Positions 1 to 9,975 of a stretch of 64,000 nt of DNA are shown one piece after another. A program made the position numbers and the translations under genes. How positions within the stretch are numbered: the first letter of the stretch is position 1; each line of letters begins with the position of its first letter. The stretch lies in the IMG/VR virus record IMGVR_UViG_3300032017_000001, positions 1-64,000 of that record. One strand, given 5' to 3'. The notes beneath the pieces were generated by a model. It was not told where the DNA came from. It ran no database searches and saw only the letters and a program-made list of their open reading frames with translations. The stretch comes from a virus (lineage: Duplodnaviria > Caudoviricetes).

Positions 1-146
1 TGCACCTGCCCTTGGCTACGGGTTTCTAAGGCCCCACCTACCTACCAGCTCCCCAAGCCGGCTTGGCTGCCCTGGCGGTGGCTTTCTGCTGGCCTGTCTC
101 ATCTGCCCGTGCGCCCTGGTGGCGCGCTTTGACCCTGGAGGTCTCC

Positions 147-584
147 ATGGGCACTCGTGGACCCATCCCCAAGCGGAGCGAGGAACGTCGCCGGGCCAAT
201 AAGAGCGACGGGCCTAAGCTCATACACGCCCCTTCGGGGGCGCCGGCTGGCCTACCGGATCTGCCGGAGCCGGACGAACTGTGGCATCCGATCGCCTCGG
301 ACTGGTATCTGTCCCTGCGGGAGTCGGGGCAGGCGGCGTTCTATCAGCCGTCAGACTGGGCGGTGGCCCGGTATGCCGCGGACTTGATGTCGAAGGTGCT
401 GCTGTCGGAGCGAGGGCCGAACGGCCAGTTGGTGGCCGCACTGAACTCGGTGATGTCGTCGCTGCTGACGACCGAGGGCGACCGCCGTCGGGCCCGGATG
501 GAACTGGAAAGGCAGAAGCCAGCCGAGACGAGACTGGCGTCGGTCAGCCCGCTGGATTCCTACCGTGACATCGCAGGCGGATGA
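147..584 (+). CDS. Terminase small subunit (probable)
   Basis: ATG 147 after GGAGG; MGTRGPIPKRSEERRR N-terminus typical of actinophage small terminases; directly upstream of the large terminase. Confidence 0.7.
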   Translation: MGTRGPIPKRSEERRRANKSDGPKLIHAPSGAPAGLPDLPEPDELWHPIASDWYLSLRESGQAAFYQPSDWAVARYAADLMSKVLLSERGPNGQLVAALNSVMSSLLTTEGDRRRARMELERQKPAETRLASVSPLDSYRDIAGG

Positions 585-2322
585 CGAGCAGGTCCCCGAC
601 GTCGTCGAACCCTTCACACTCGGACCTACGTGGAAGCGCGGACCTGACGGCAAGTTCATCCTGCCCGAGTACACGCTGGGCTGGCAGTGCTTGGCATGGA
701 CGGCCACGTACCTGCAGCACTACGTCGGAAAGACGTGGCAGTACACCGCCGAGCAGGCTCGCCTGACGCTGTGGTGGTACGCGATGGATCCGGAGACGAA
801 CCGGTTCCTGTGGCGCGACGGCGTGATCCAGAGGCTGAAGGGGCACGGCAAGGATCCTTTGAAGGCGACGTGGGCGGCGTTCGAGTTCGTGGGGCCGTGC
901 CGGTTCGACAAGGTCGCGGACGAAGGTAACGAGTGGGATGTGCCGCCTGGGCAGCCGCTGGGCGTGCAGCATCCGGCGGCGTGGGTGCAGATCGCGGCGG
1001 TGTCGCAAGACCAGACCCGGAACGCGATGACACTGTTCCCGTCGATCCTGTCAAAGCGGGCGATCGAGGAGTACCGCATCGACCTCGGTAAGGAGATCAT
1101 CTACGCCGACAAGGGGCGGGCCCGCATCGAGGCTGTGACGTCGTCACCGCGCGCTCTTGAGGGTGGTCGACCGACGTTCACGTCGATGGGGGAGACGCAT
1201 CACTGGCTGGAGTCGAACTCGGGGCACGAGATGGCGGCGGTCATCGAGCGCAATGCAACGAAGTCGGCTGACGGCCAGTCCCGGACGTTGGCGGACACCA
1301 ACGCCTTCGAGCCAGGCGAGGACTCGGTGGCCGAGCGCACCCGGGACGCCTACGAAGCCGCGGAAGCCGGCCGGGCCGCCGACACGGGGTTGTTCTACGA
1401 CACACTGGAGGCTCCTCCTGAGGCGAAGCTGACGGAGGCGTGGATCGAGCCGACGCTTCGAGCGGTCCGCGGGGATTCGACGTGGTTGGACATCGGCCGA
1501 CTGAAGGCGTCGATCCTAGATGTCCGTAACCCGCCGAGCCGATCTCGCCGCTTCTGGTACAACCAGATCGCCGCGGCCGAGGATGCGTGGCTGGCCCGCT
1601 ACGAGTGGGACGCCTGCAAGCGCGAGGACTTGGCGCTGCAGGACGGCGACGAGATCGTTATGTTCTTCGATGGCTCCAAGTCCGACGACGCGACGGGCCT
1701 GGCGGCCTGTCGCATGTCGGATGGCCTCGTGTCCGCGCTGGGTGTCTGGCAGAAGCCGGCGAACTGGCCAGCACCGAACACGCCGGGCTTCGTGCCGTAC
1801 CAGATCCCGCGGGACGAGGTGCATGGCGTGGTGGAGAACGCGTTTGCCCGGTTCAAGGTGCTGGCGTTCTTCGCCGACCCGGGTGGCGGCAAGGACGACG
1901 AAGACGGCGAGATGTACTGGGACTCCTACGTCGACCTGTGGGGTCAGACCTGGGGTCCCAAGCTTGCGCTTCGCGCAGTGCTGTCTGGGCCGAAGGCGCA
2001 CGCGGTGCGCTGGGACATGCGCGGTGACTCGCGGAACCAGGAGACGTTCACGGAGGCGGTGAAGCGCACGCACGCCGACGTGCTGCAGCGGCAGTTAGTG
2101 CACGACGGCCACAAGACACTGCGCATGCATGTGATCAACGCCCGGCGGCGAACCAACCGGTGGGGTGTGACGATCGGTAAGGAGCACCGTGCGTCCGCGA
2201 AGAAGATCGACCTTGCTATCTGCATGGTCGGGGCTCGGATGCTGCGCCGGATGATCCTCAACTCGCCGAAGCGGGCGAAGAAGAAGACCGCGGGCAAGGG
2301 GAGGGTGGTGGTGTTGCGATGA
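565..2322 (+). CDS. Terminase large subunit
   Basis: Walker A-like RLKGHGKD, Walker B region MGETHHW, nuclease motif FFDGSKSDDAT, C-terminal KIDLAIC; contains an in-frame TTA at 2095. Confidence 0.92.
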   Translation: MTSQADDEQVPDVVEPFTLGPTWKRGPDGKFILPEYTLGWQCLAWTATYLQHYVGKTWQYTAEQARLTLWWYAMDPETNRFLWRDGVIQRLKGHGKDPLKATWAAFEFVGPCRFDKVADEGNEWDVPPGQPLGVQHPAAWVQIAAVSQDQTRNAMTLFPSILSKRAIEEYRIDLGKEIIYADKGRARIEAVTSSPRALEGGRPTFTSMGETHHWLESNSGHEMAAVIERNATKSADGQSRTLADTNAFEPGEDSVAERTRDAYEAAEAGRAADTGLFYDTLEAPPEAKLTEAWIEPTLRAVRGDSTWLDIGRLKASILDVRNPPSRSRRFWYNQIAAAEDAWLARYEWDACKREDLALQDGDEIVMFFDGSKSDDATGLAACRMSDGLVSALGVWQKPANWPAPNTPGFVPYQIPRDEVHGVVENAFARFKVLAFFADPGGGKDDEDGEMYWDSYVDLWGQTWGPKLALRAVLSGPKAHAVRWDMRGDSRNQETFTEAVKRTHADVLQRQLVHDGHKTLRMHVINARRRTNRWGVTIGKEHRASAKKIDLAICMVGARMLRRMILNSPKRAKKKTAGKGRVVVLR

Positions 2323-3782
2323 CCCTGTCCATCCCCGAGTTGCCTCTGGTGACGTTGTCGGATGATGAGCTGGCCCTGGTGCAGATGCTGCGGGCGGACA
2401 TGCTGCGTGACCGCTGGGCGCTGCAGTTGCGGGATGCGTACTTCAACGGCGAGCAGCTGGTGCGCGATCTGGGCATCAGCATCCCGCCGCAGTTGAAGGG
2501 CCTGCACACGGTCATCGGCTGGCCGCGGGTCGGCGTCGAAAGCCTTGAGGAGCGTCTCGACCTGGAGGCGTTCCGGTGGGCGGATGGCGCGGACTCCAGT
2601 GAGCTGTCGGAGATCGCCGAAGCGAACGATCTCTTCGACGAGTCGTCGCTGGCCCACCTGGACGCTCTGGTGTATGGCCGGGAGTATCTGGCGGTCGGGT
2701 CGGGAGACTGCGATGGGGAGTGTCCGCCGCTGATCTCGGCGGAGTCGCCGCTGGATATGACGCTGATGTGGGATGCCCGCCTGCGGATGGGCACGGCGGC
2801 TCTGCGGGAGTGCGCCGCGGACTCGTACATCGAGTCGGGCCCCGAGGAGCGCATGCTGGTTCTCTATCTGCCGGATCAGACGGTGATGTGCCTGCCGTCG
2901 GCGTCTGGTGGGTGGGAGGTCGTCGACCGGGACATGCACAACCTGGGTGTGGTGCCGGTGGTGCGGATGGCGAACCGGCAGCGGACTGCGGACCGGGTGG
3001 GCAGGTCGGAGATCACGCCGGAGGTCATGTCGATCACGGATGCGGCGTGCCGGCGTCTGATGGGCATGGAGGTGGCTGCGGAGTTCTTCGGCGCCCCGCA
3101 GCGGTACATCCTGGGGGCGTCGGAGTCGGCGTTCCAGGACGCGGACGGTACGGCCAAGAGCGCGTGGGAGACGTACATCGGCCGGGTGCTCGCGTTGGAG
3201 CGGGACGAGGACGGTCAGGTGCCGTCGGTCGGCCAGTTCGCGGCTCACGATCCGACAGGCATGACGAAGATCATTGACCTGTATGCGCGGATCATGTCGT
3301 CGCAGTTCGGTCTGCCGCCGCACATGCTCGGCTACACCACCGACAACCCGGCTTCCGCTGATGCGATTCGGTCGACGGAGGCGAAGCTCGTCAAGCGCAG
3401 CGAGCGGCGGATTCGCCGTTTCGGTGCGGCGTGGCAGCAGGCGATGCGTCTCGCGCTGTGGGTGCGTAACGGGGAGCCGCCGGAGAAGACCCGGCGGATC
3501 GAGACGGTGTGGCGGAACCCGGCGACTCCGACGGTGGCAGCCCAGGTGGATGCCACCGTCAAGCTGGTCCAGGCCGGGGTGCTGCCCGCGGACAGTGACG
3601 TCACCCTGGAGATGGCCGGGTTCACTGAGGCGCAGCGGCAGCGGATCACGGCGGATCGCCGTCGTTCTGCTGCTGCGGCTGCCGGCGGGGGTCTGATGGC
3701 GCGGCTGGCTGCTTTGAATGACGAGCCGGCTGGGTCTCTGCCTGATGTGGTGGAGGTCGACGGTGGCGACGACGGTCTCTGA
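2319..3782 (+). CDS. Portal protein (SPP1 gp6-like)
   Basis: Follows terminase; motifs VVPVVRMANR, GRSEIT, NPASADAIR, WRNPATPT typical of actinophage portals. Confidence 0.9.
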   Translation: MTLSIPELPLVTLSDDELALVQMLRADMLRDRWALQLRDAYFNGEQLVRDLGISIPPQLKGLHTVIGWPRVGVESLEERLDLEAFRWADGADSSELSEIAEANDLFDESSLAHLDALVYGREYLAVGSGDCDGECPPLISAESPLDMTLMWDARLRMGTAALRECAADSYIESGPEERMLVLYLPDQTVMCLPSASGGWEVVDRDMHNLGVVPVVRMANRQRTADRVGRSEITPEVMSITDAACRRLMGMEVAAEFFGAPQRYILGASESAFQDADGTAKSAWETYIGRVLALERDEDGQVPSVGQFAAHDPTGMTKIIDLYARIMSSQFGLPPHMLGYTTDNPASADAIRSTEAKLVKRSERRIRRFGAAWQQAMRLALWVRNGEPPEKTRRIETVWRNPATPTVAAQVDATVKLVQAGVLPADSDVTLEMAGFTEAQRQRITADRRRSAAAAAGGGLMARLAALNDEPAGSLPDVVEVDGGDDGL

Positions 3783-4536
3783 TGGCGGCCGGGATCCGGA
3801 GCGGTATCGGGCTGCGCAGCGTGGCCTGACGCGGATGCTGGTGCGGGATGTTCGAGGCCTGCGCCGGTTGATCATTCCGTCGCGGCTGCGGCAGTCGATG
3901 CCGGACTGGTTTGCCGCGGTGCAGGCGGTGGTGGATCAGTACGCGCAGACGTCGGCCGCGCTGGGTGCCGAGTTCTACGACGGGCAGCGGGCTGCGGCGG
4001 AGGTGGCTGGCTCGTTCACGGTGCCTGTCGCGGATCCGCCGCCGCCGGGGAAGACGGAGGCGTCGCTGCGGTGGGCGGCGAAGGACGTGTGGGAACGCGA
4101 TCCGGAGCAGGCCACGCCCGCACAGCGGGAGCCGCTCGAGGTCCGGCTGGAGCAGGCCGAGAAGAAGGCCGAGCTCGTCGTTCAGAAGCTCGTCGCGGAT
4201 ACGGGTCGCGGTACTGTCCTGGAGGCGGTGCGGCAGGACCCGCAGGCGAGAGCGTGGGCGCGGACAGCGGCGCTCGGTGCGTGCGCCTTCTGCAAGCTAC
4301 TGGCCTCCCGCGGTTCGGTCTTCGCCCGGGAGACGGTGGGCTTCCGCGCTCATGACGGCTGTCATTGCGCAGCCGTTCCGGTCTTTGCGGGGCAGACGTT
4401 TGAGCCGTCCCCGCAGGCCCGTGAGTGGGCGCGGCTGTATGAGGAGTACGCCGCTGGCCACTCCGGTAGCCAGCTTGCCCGTTTCCGGCGGGCGCTGGCG
4501 GAGCACGACTCGAATCCGCTTCCGGGTTCGTTCTGA
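3763..4536 (+). CDS. Capsid maturation protease / MuF-like minor head protein
   Basis: Between portal and scaffold; WART...ACAFCKLLASRG and FRAHDGCHC motifs; GTG start inferred from upstream GGAGG. Confidence 0.7.
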   Translation: MATTVSDGGRDPERYRAAQRGLTRMLVRDVRGLRRLIIPSRLRQSMPDWFAAVQAVVDQYAQTSAALGAEFYDGQRAAAEVAGSFTVPVADPPPPGKTEASLRWAAKDVWERDPEQATPAQREPLEVRLEQAEKKAELVVQKLVADTGRGTVLEAVRQDPQARAWARTAALGACAFCKLLASRGSVFARETVGFRAHDGCHCAAVPVFAGQTFEPSPQAREWARLYEEYAAGHSGSQLARFRRALAEHDSNPLPGSF

Positions 4537-4600
4537 GTATCCGGTCGCCCTGGTGGCGGCCTTCCCCCTTTTTCGACAGCCCCTGGAGGGCCGATTCGTC

Positions 4601-5230
4601 ATGCCCGAAGAGACCGAGACCGTCGAGCAGCAGGACACCGGCACTGAGGAGGGCGTTGAGGAGACGTCCGCCGAGGAGAACGGCACCGAGCAGCAGGAGA
4701 CCGCCCAGGAGGCGGACACCGGCGGCGAGGAGAAGCCGTTCGACCGGAAGAAGTTCGAGGCGGAGCTGCGGAAGAAGAACAGCGAGGCCGCGAACCTCCG
4801 CAAGCGTCTGAAGGAACTGGAGCCGGCTGCTGCCGAGCTGCAGCGCATCAAGGACGCGGAGAAGTCGGAGTCCGAGCGCCTCAACGACCAGCTGGAGCGT
4901 GCACGGGAGCAGGTGGCCAAGACGCGTCAGCGTCTGGCGCGCACGCAGGTGCAGGCCCTGGCGATGACGTCGTTCGCTGACCCGGAGGACGCGGTCGGCG
5001 CGCTGGATCTCGACTCGTACATCGACTCTGACGGCGACATCGACGAGGCGGCCATCAAGGCGGACCTCGAAGCGCTCCTCGAGCGCAAGCCGCACTGGGC
5101 GAAATCCCAGCCCCAGGAGGGCCCGCGGCGCCCCGCGCCGGATCGCACTCAGGCGTCCGGCGCCAACAAGAAGCAGGCCCCCAACCCTCGCGACGAGTTC
5201 GCAGGGTGGCTGAGTTCGAAGCTCACGTAG
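4601..5230 (+). CDS. Scaffolding protein
   Basis: Acidic N-terminus, coiled coil ELRKKNSEAANLRKRLKE, immediately before the capsid gene. Confidence 0.8.
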   Translation: MPEETETVEQQDTGTEEGVEETSAEENGTEQQETAQEADTGGEEKPFDRKKFEAELRKKNSEAANLRKRLKELEPAAAELQRIKDAEKSESERLNDQLERAREQVAKTRQRLARTQVQALAMTSFADPEDAVGALDLDSYIDSDGDIDEAAIKADLEALLERKPHWAKSQPQEGPRRPAPDRTQASGANKKQAPNPRDEFAGWLSSKLT

Positions 5231-5249
5231 CTTCGGGAGAAGAGACATC

Positions 5250-6206
5250 ATGGCGGTCACCGCCCCCCTGACGCTGTCCAACGTGGACGGCGCGCTCCTG
5301 CCCCGCACGATCACCGCGCCGATCTTCGAGAAGTCGGTGGAGGCGTCCGCGGTCATGCAGCTGGCCCGTCCGGCGCCGCTGGCCCTGGACGCGACGACGT
5401 CGGTGCCGATCCCGATGGACGTCCCCGTGGCGGACTGGGTCGGGCAGGCGGCGAAGAAGCCCCTGTCGACGGGCGGCGTCGACGTGAAGCAGATGCAGGC
5501 GAAGAAGGTCGCCGTGCTCATCCCGGTCGCGATGGAGGTCGCGAAGACCAACGCGGGCGGCCTGTACGACCAGCTGCAGAAGGATCTGCCGACGGCATTC
5601 GCGCGGGCTTTCGACCACGCGACGATCCACGGCCAGACGATGAAGGGCGCGGCGGGCCCGTTCACCGAGTACCTGGCGGCTACCTCCAACAGCGTGGCGC
5701 TGGGTACGGCCACGCAGGCGGAGGGCGGCATCTGGGCCGACTTCGTCAACGGTATGGCGGAGGTCGTCGACTCGGACTGGGACTACACGGGTACGGTCGC
5801 GGACCACCGGCTGAAGCCGTCGCTGCTGCTGGCGACGGACACCACGGGTCGGCCGATCCTGGTGGACACGCAGACGCCGGGTACGAACATGGCGGCGGCG
5901 GGCACGCTGATCGGTGAGCCGCTCGCTTACTCGCGGAGCGTGTCGGGGAAGCAGCGTCGGCAGTCGACGTCGGTCGACACCGGTCTGCGGGCGATCGGCG
6001 GCGACTGGTCGCAGGCGGCCTACGGCGTGGGCATGGACATCACGGTCCGGATCTCTGACCAGGCGACCTACGTCGACGAGGAGGGCGGCGTCCACTCCGC
6101 CTTTCAGGAGAACCTCGTCCTGATCCTCGCGGAGGCCTACTACGGCTTCGTCCTCGGCGACGTCGACGCGTTCGTGAAGTACACCGGCACTCCGAGCGGT
6201 TCCTGA
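5250..6206 (+). CDS. Major capsid protein (HK97 fold)
   Basis: Size, position, motifs AFARAFDHATIHG and FQENLVLILAEAYYGF. Confidence 0.9.
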   Translation: MAVTAPLTLSNVDGALLPRTITAPIFEKSVEASAVMQLARPAPLALDATTSVPIPMDVPVADWVGQAAKKPLSTGGVDVKQMQAKKVAVLIPVAMEVAKTNAGGLYDQLQKDLPTAFARAFDHATIHGQTMKGAAGPFTEYLAATSNSVALGTATQAEGGIWADFVNGMAEVVDSDWDYTGTVADHRLKPSLLLATDTTGRPILVDTQTPGTNMAAAGTLIGEPLAYSRSVSGKQRRQSTSVDTGLRAIGGDWSQAAYGVGMDITVRISDQATYVDEEGGVHSAFQENLVLILAEAYYGFVLGDVDAFVKYTGTPSGS

Positions 6207-7243
6207 TGGGCACGGCTGTCCCGGCTTCCGCGCCGGGCGGGGCAGCCAAGCCCCTGACTGTCGTCGCTCGTGTCCATGCGATGCCACCAGAGCACAATGC
6301 GGGTGCCGAGCACATGCTCGTGTCGATGCTGCGGCCTCTGGTGGAGCGCGGGCACGACGTATCGGTGTGGCTGTCCCGCTATGGGAAGGCCAGCCGGGAG
6401 TACGAGTACCGCGGCATCAAGGTGGTGCCGCTGTCTGCACGACTGGACTTCCCGAACGCGGTGAAGCGGGCGGACGTGCTGCTGGCACATCTGGAGACGG
6501 TTCCGTCGACAGCGTCGCTGGCTCGCGGCTACGGTAAGAAGCTGATCGTGGTGTGCCACAACACGCACCGGCCGACGTTCCGGGATGCGGCGGCCGGCGG
6601 TACTTCGCTGGCGGTGTACAACTCGCAGTGGATGGAGCGGGAGGCGGAACTCTTCTTCGCCGAGTACCCGAAGTCCATCCGCCCCGCGCAGTCGCTGATC
6701 GTGCGCCCGCCCGTGTTCGCCGACGAGTACGCGACGAAGCCCGGCAAGGCGATCACGCTGGTCAACTGCAATGCGGAGAAGGGCGGCAAGGTTCTTCGGG
6801 ATCTCGCCTCCCGGATGCCGGATCAGCAGTTCCTTGCGGTGAAGGGCGCCTACGGTGAGCAGATCCTCCCGGACCTGCCGAACGTGGAGATCGTCGACCA
6901 CGTCCGGGGCGAGGACATGCGGGAGCAGGTGTACGCCCGCACGCGGGTGCTGCTGATGCCGTCCTCGTATGAGTCGTGGGGCCGGGCCGCCTGTGAGGCG
7001 CTCGCCTCAGGTATCCCCGTGATCGCGCACCCCACCCCGGGGTTGTGTGAGTCGCTGGGCGAGGCTGGGATCTTCGTCGACCGCAATGACGTCGCCGGGT
7101 ATGAGGCGGTGCTGCGGAAGCTGCTGGCGCCCGCCGAGTACCGGCTGGCGTCGAAGCGGGCGAAGACCCGGTCCGCCGAGCTCGATCCGGCCGCCGATCT
7201 GGCGGCCTGGTGCAGTGCTGTGGAGTCCCTCGCCAAGAAGTAG
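6206..7243 (+). CDS. Glycosyltransferase family 4 (GT-B)
   Basis: C-terminal EX7E motif ESWGRAACEALASGIPVIA, N-terminal GAEHML loop; TGATG coupling to the capsid gene. Confidence 0.85.
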   Translation: MGTAVPASAPGGAAKPLTVVARVHAMPPEHNAGAEHMLVSMLRPLVERGHDVSVWLSRYGKASREYEYRGIKVVPLSARLDFPNAVKRADVLLAHLETVPSTASLARGYGKKLIVVCHNTHRPTFRDAAAGGTSLAVYNSQWMEREAELFFAEYPKSIRPAQSLIVRPPVFADEYATKPGKAITLVNCNAEKGGKVLRDLASRMPDQQFLAVKGAYGEQILPDLPNVEIVDHVRGEDMREQVYARTRVLLMPSSYESWGRAACEALASGIPVIAHPTPGLCESLGEAGIFVDRNDVAGYEAVLRKLLAPAEYRLASKRAKTRSAELDPAADLAAWCSAVESLAKK

Positions 7244-7251
7244 GAGGCATC

Positions 7252-7668
7252 GTGGCATTCGTTCCTCCTACCGCCGAGCAGCTCGGCCTGTACCTGGGCA
7301 TGGATGAGATCGACGGGGCGCGGGCTGACCTGCTGATCACGTCCGCGACCGCTCTCTGCCAGACGATCGTCAAGCCTCTCCCGGAGGGCGCGGAGGCGGT
7401 CGTCCTCTCAGTCGCGGGGCGGGCCTATGTCAACCCCCAGCAGGTCAGCTACGAGACGATCGGCCCCATGTCGGTGCAGCGCCCCCAGGGATCTGGCGGC
7501 CTGTACCTGACCAAGGCCGACAAGTCGGCGCTCAAGTCCCTCGCCGGCCGCGGGGGAGCGTTCACCGTCGATCCGACACCGACTACCGCCGATCCGTCGC
7601 CGACGTGGCCGATCGACGATCTGACCGGGTGGGCGGAGGACTATGAGGCGGGCTGGGGGTATCCCTGA
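7252..7668 (+). CDS. Head-to-tail adaptor
   Basis: GTG after GGAGG; RAYVNPQQVSYETIGP motif; position. Confidence 0.7.
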   Translation: MAFVPPTAEQLGLYLGMDEIDGARADLLITSATALCQTIVKPLPEGAEAVVLSVAGRAYVNPQQVSYETIGPMSVQRPQGSGGLYLTKADKSALKSLAGRGGAFTVDPTPTTADPSPTWPIDDLTGWAEDYEAGWGYP

Positions 7669-8039
7669 TGCCTGCCCCGTACCCGTTCGGGGAGACGGTG
7701 CGGATCCTGCGCACGGGCGTTTCTCCGGGTCGGGATCCGCGCGGACAGCCGCTGCCGGGCCCAGACGAGTCGTTCGACCTGGCCGGCTGTGTGGTGACGC
7801 CACGCGCGGAGACTCCGCAGGTGGGCGGCAGCCAGCAGCAGGACCGGGACACGGTCATCGTCGGCTGGACGGTGTACGCCCCGCCGGACCATCCGAGCAT
7901 GCCGCTGCGGACGACGGACAAGGCCCAAATCCGGGGTGTCGTCTGCGAGATCACGGGCGAGCCGGGCGACTGGGGCCGCTCACCGTTCACTGGCACCCGC
8001 GGCCCAATCCAGTTCGCCGCAGACCGCGTCACCGGCTGA
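7668..8039 (+). CDS. Head-to-tail stopper
   Basis: Position; beta-rich pattern with TDKAQIRGVVCEITGEP. Confidence 0.7.
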   Translation: MPAPYPFGETVRILRTGVSPGRDPRGQPLPGPDESFDLAGCVVTPRAETPQVGGSQQQDRDTVIVGWTVYAPPDHPSMPLRTTDKAQIRGVVCEITGEPGDWGRSPFTGTRGPIQFAADRVTG

Positions 8040-8053
8040 CCAGGGAGGTTCTG

Positions 8054-8383
8054 ATGGCCGCGAAGTTCAAGGTCAAACGCAAGGGCATCGGGCAGATGCT
8101 GCGGATGCCGGGCATGCAGGCAGAGATGCTGCGACGCGCCGAGGTCATCAAGGGCGTGGCTGTCGGCATCTCCCCGGTCGACCCGCACAGTCCTCACCCC
8201 GGTCACTACAAGGAGTCCTGGGAGACGGACAGTACCGCTCGGGGCGGCCGACGGCGGGACCGCGCGGTCGGCTACGTCCGCAACACGTCCTACTACGCCC
8301 GCTGGGTGGAGTACGGCACGGAGAAGGTGCGCGCGCATCATGTGCTGCTGAGGGCCGCGCAGATCGGCGGACGAGACCAGTGA
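8054..8383 (+). CDS. HK97 gp10-like neck protein
   Basis: YARWVEYGT motif. Confidence 0.7.
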   Translation: MAAKFKVKRKGIGQMLRMPGMQAEMLRRAEVIKGVAVGISPVDPHSPHPGHYKESWETDSTARGGRRRDRAVGYVRNTSYYARWVEYGTEKVRAHHVLLRAAQIGGRDQ

Positions 8384-8772
8384 CCGTCCTCGTCGACATC
8401 GAGCTGGAGCTCATCAGCCGCGGCACGGCCCGCTTCCCGCAGGCCGTGGTCCGGGACGAGCTCGACAACAACCTGCTCAACGAACTGCCGACGATCCAGA
8501 TCAACCAGATCCCGGCCGGGGATGACGACGGGGTGCGTCTGGCCCGGATGCTAGTCGACGTCGACGTGTACGCGGCAACGCGGGCCGACGCCATCACGCT
8601 GGCCCGGGACGTGCACCGCTGGGTGACTGGCGAACTGCGCGGCTCATCCAGCGACGACCTGGTCATCGGCCGCACGGGCGCTGTCACCCTGCCCGCGATC
8701 CGGCCCTATGAGAACGCCGCCCTCCGCAGGGTTGGCGCCACCTACGAGATCTTCTGTCACCCGGTTTCCTGA
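8380..8772 (+). CDS. Tail terminator
   Basis: Position before major tail; VDVDVYAATRADA motif. Confidence 0.7.
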   Translation: MTVLVDIELELISRGTARFPQAVVRDELDNNLLNELPTIQINQIPAGDDDGVRLARMLVDVDVYAATRADAITLARDVHRWVTGELRGSSSDDLVIGRTGAVTLPAIRPYENAALRRVGATYEIFCHPVS

Positions 8773-8844
8773 CCGGCTGTTCGGCCCGCGCCAGGCCCAT
8801 TAGTTCCCGCCCGTGCGCGGGCTTCACGCATGTCTGGAGACATC

Positions 8845-9432
8845 ATGGTCAACATCACCCGCGCAGCGGATCTGCTTGAGGTGGGGGCGAATGGAGGGGG
8901 CTGGACAGCTCCTGTCGGCTCGACGTCCCCGGGCGATCCGGAGATTCAGCCGGCGTCGCCGTGGCTGCCGCTGGGCGCCATCTCGGATGACGGTCTGGTG
9001 CAGGGCTTCGAGGAGGACTCGGAGTCGTTCACGCCGTGGGGGTACACGGCGCCGATCCGCACCACGATCACGTCGTCGCTGCGGACGTTCGGGCTGACGG
9101 TGTGGGAGACGGGCCGGACGACGGTGCAGGCGCTGCAGTACCGCCTGGACACCGCCGACCTGACCCCGACCGGCGGTCTGACGACGTTCGCGGAGACGGC
9201 GAGCCCGGTGCCGGACCGGCGGGCGTTCTGGTTCGTGGTCCTGGACGGCGACAGCTTCCAGCGCGGCTTCTACGTGCCGGAGGGGGAGATCACCGAGCGG
9301 TCGGACGTGAACCACAAGCAGGACGAGGTCGCGGGCTACGAGTGGACGATCACCGCGTACCCGGACGCTGCCGGGAACACGGTCTACCACTACGACCGGG
9401 TGCCGGAGACCGCCGAGTACACGGGGTCCTGA
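8845..9432 (+). CDS. Major tail protein
   Basis: LGAISDDG and YEWTITAYPD motifs; position; ATG 8845 follows GGAG (8830 is an alternative start). Confidence 0.85.
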   Translation: MVNITRAADLLEVGANGGGWTAPVGSTSPGDPEIQPASPWLPLGAISDDGLVQGFEEDSESFTPWGYTAPIRTTITSSLRTFGLTVWETGRTTVQALQYRLDTADLTPTGGLTTFAETASPVPDRRAFWFVVLDGDSFQRGFYVPEGEITERSDVNHKQDEVAGYEWTITAYPDAAGNTVYHYDRVPETAEYTGS

Positions 9433-9540
9433 ATACGGGTGGACGGGCCGTAGGCACCTGCGGGTGCCACCGTTGGCGCGGGCCCGGCCCGTCCACCTTC
9501 ACACCAGCCCGCGCCGAGAGACGAGTAGGGAGCCCGCGCC

Positions 9541-9975
9541 ATGGCAGCGACGCGCAAGACCACCAGCAGCACGAGCAGGAAGCCGCGCACTGCGGCACGT
9601 GCAGCATCCCGCCCCGCCACAACCCGGCGTCCGGAGCCGGACGTCGAGCCCGACGAGGATGTCGAGGTGCCGGCGTCGGAGGCGCAGGAGATCGAGGCGG
9701 AGGGGTACGTCACCGCGGAGCTGTGCGGTGAGGAGGTGCGGATCGTTCCTCCGGCGGCGTGGCGGCTGTCGTGGCAGCGGATGCTGACGCAGGGCCTGAT
9801 CGACGCGTTCGCGGAGAGGGTGCTGCACCCGGACGATTTCGACTTCTTCATCGAGATCGATCCGACGGCCCAGGAGTTCCAGGAGTTTGTGGCGGATGCG
9901 GGGGAGCGGGCGGGGGAGTCGTTGGGAAAGTCCGCGGTACGGTCGCGATCTGGGAGGCCCACGCGGAGGCGGTAG
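9541..9975 (+). CDS. Tail assembly chaperone (G)
   Basis: Between major tail and tape measure; ends just after a slippery heptamer. Confidence 0.8.
   Translation: MAATRKTTSSTSRKPRTAARAASRPATTRRPEPDVEPDEDVEVPASEAQEIEAEGYVTAELCGEEVRIVPPAAWRLSWQRMLTQGLIDAFAERVLHPDDFDFFIEIDPTAQEFQEFVADAGERAGESLGKSAVRSRSGRPTRRR
9924..9930 (+). other. Programmed -1 frameshift site GGGAAAG
   Basis: G-GGA-AAG in the G frame; the -1 frame is open to 10379; same heptamer as lambda G-T. Confidence 0.85.

Noticed and set aside
1944-5749. Long minus-strand ORFs (1944..3875, 4016..5749)
   Set aside because: Antisense shadows of portal, scaffold and capsid genes caused by high GC3; no motifs or RBS
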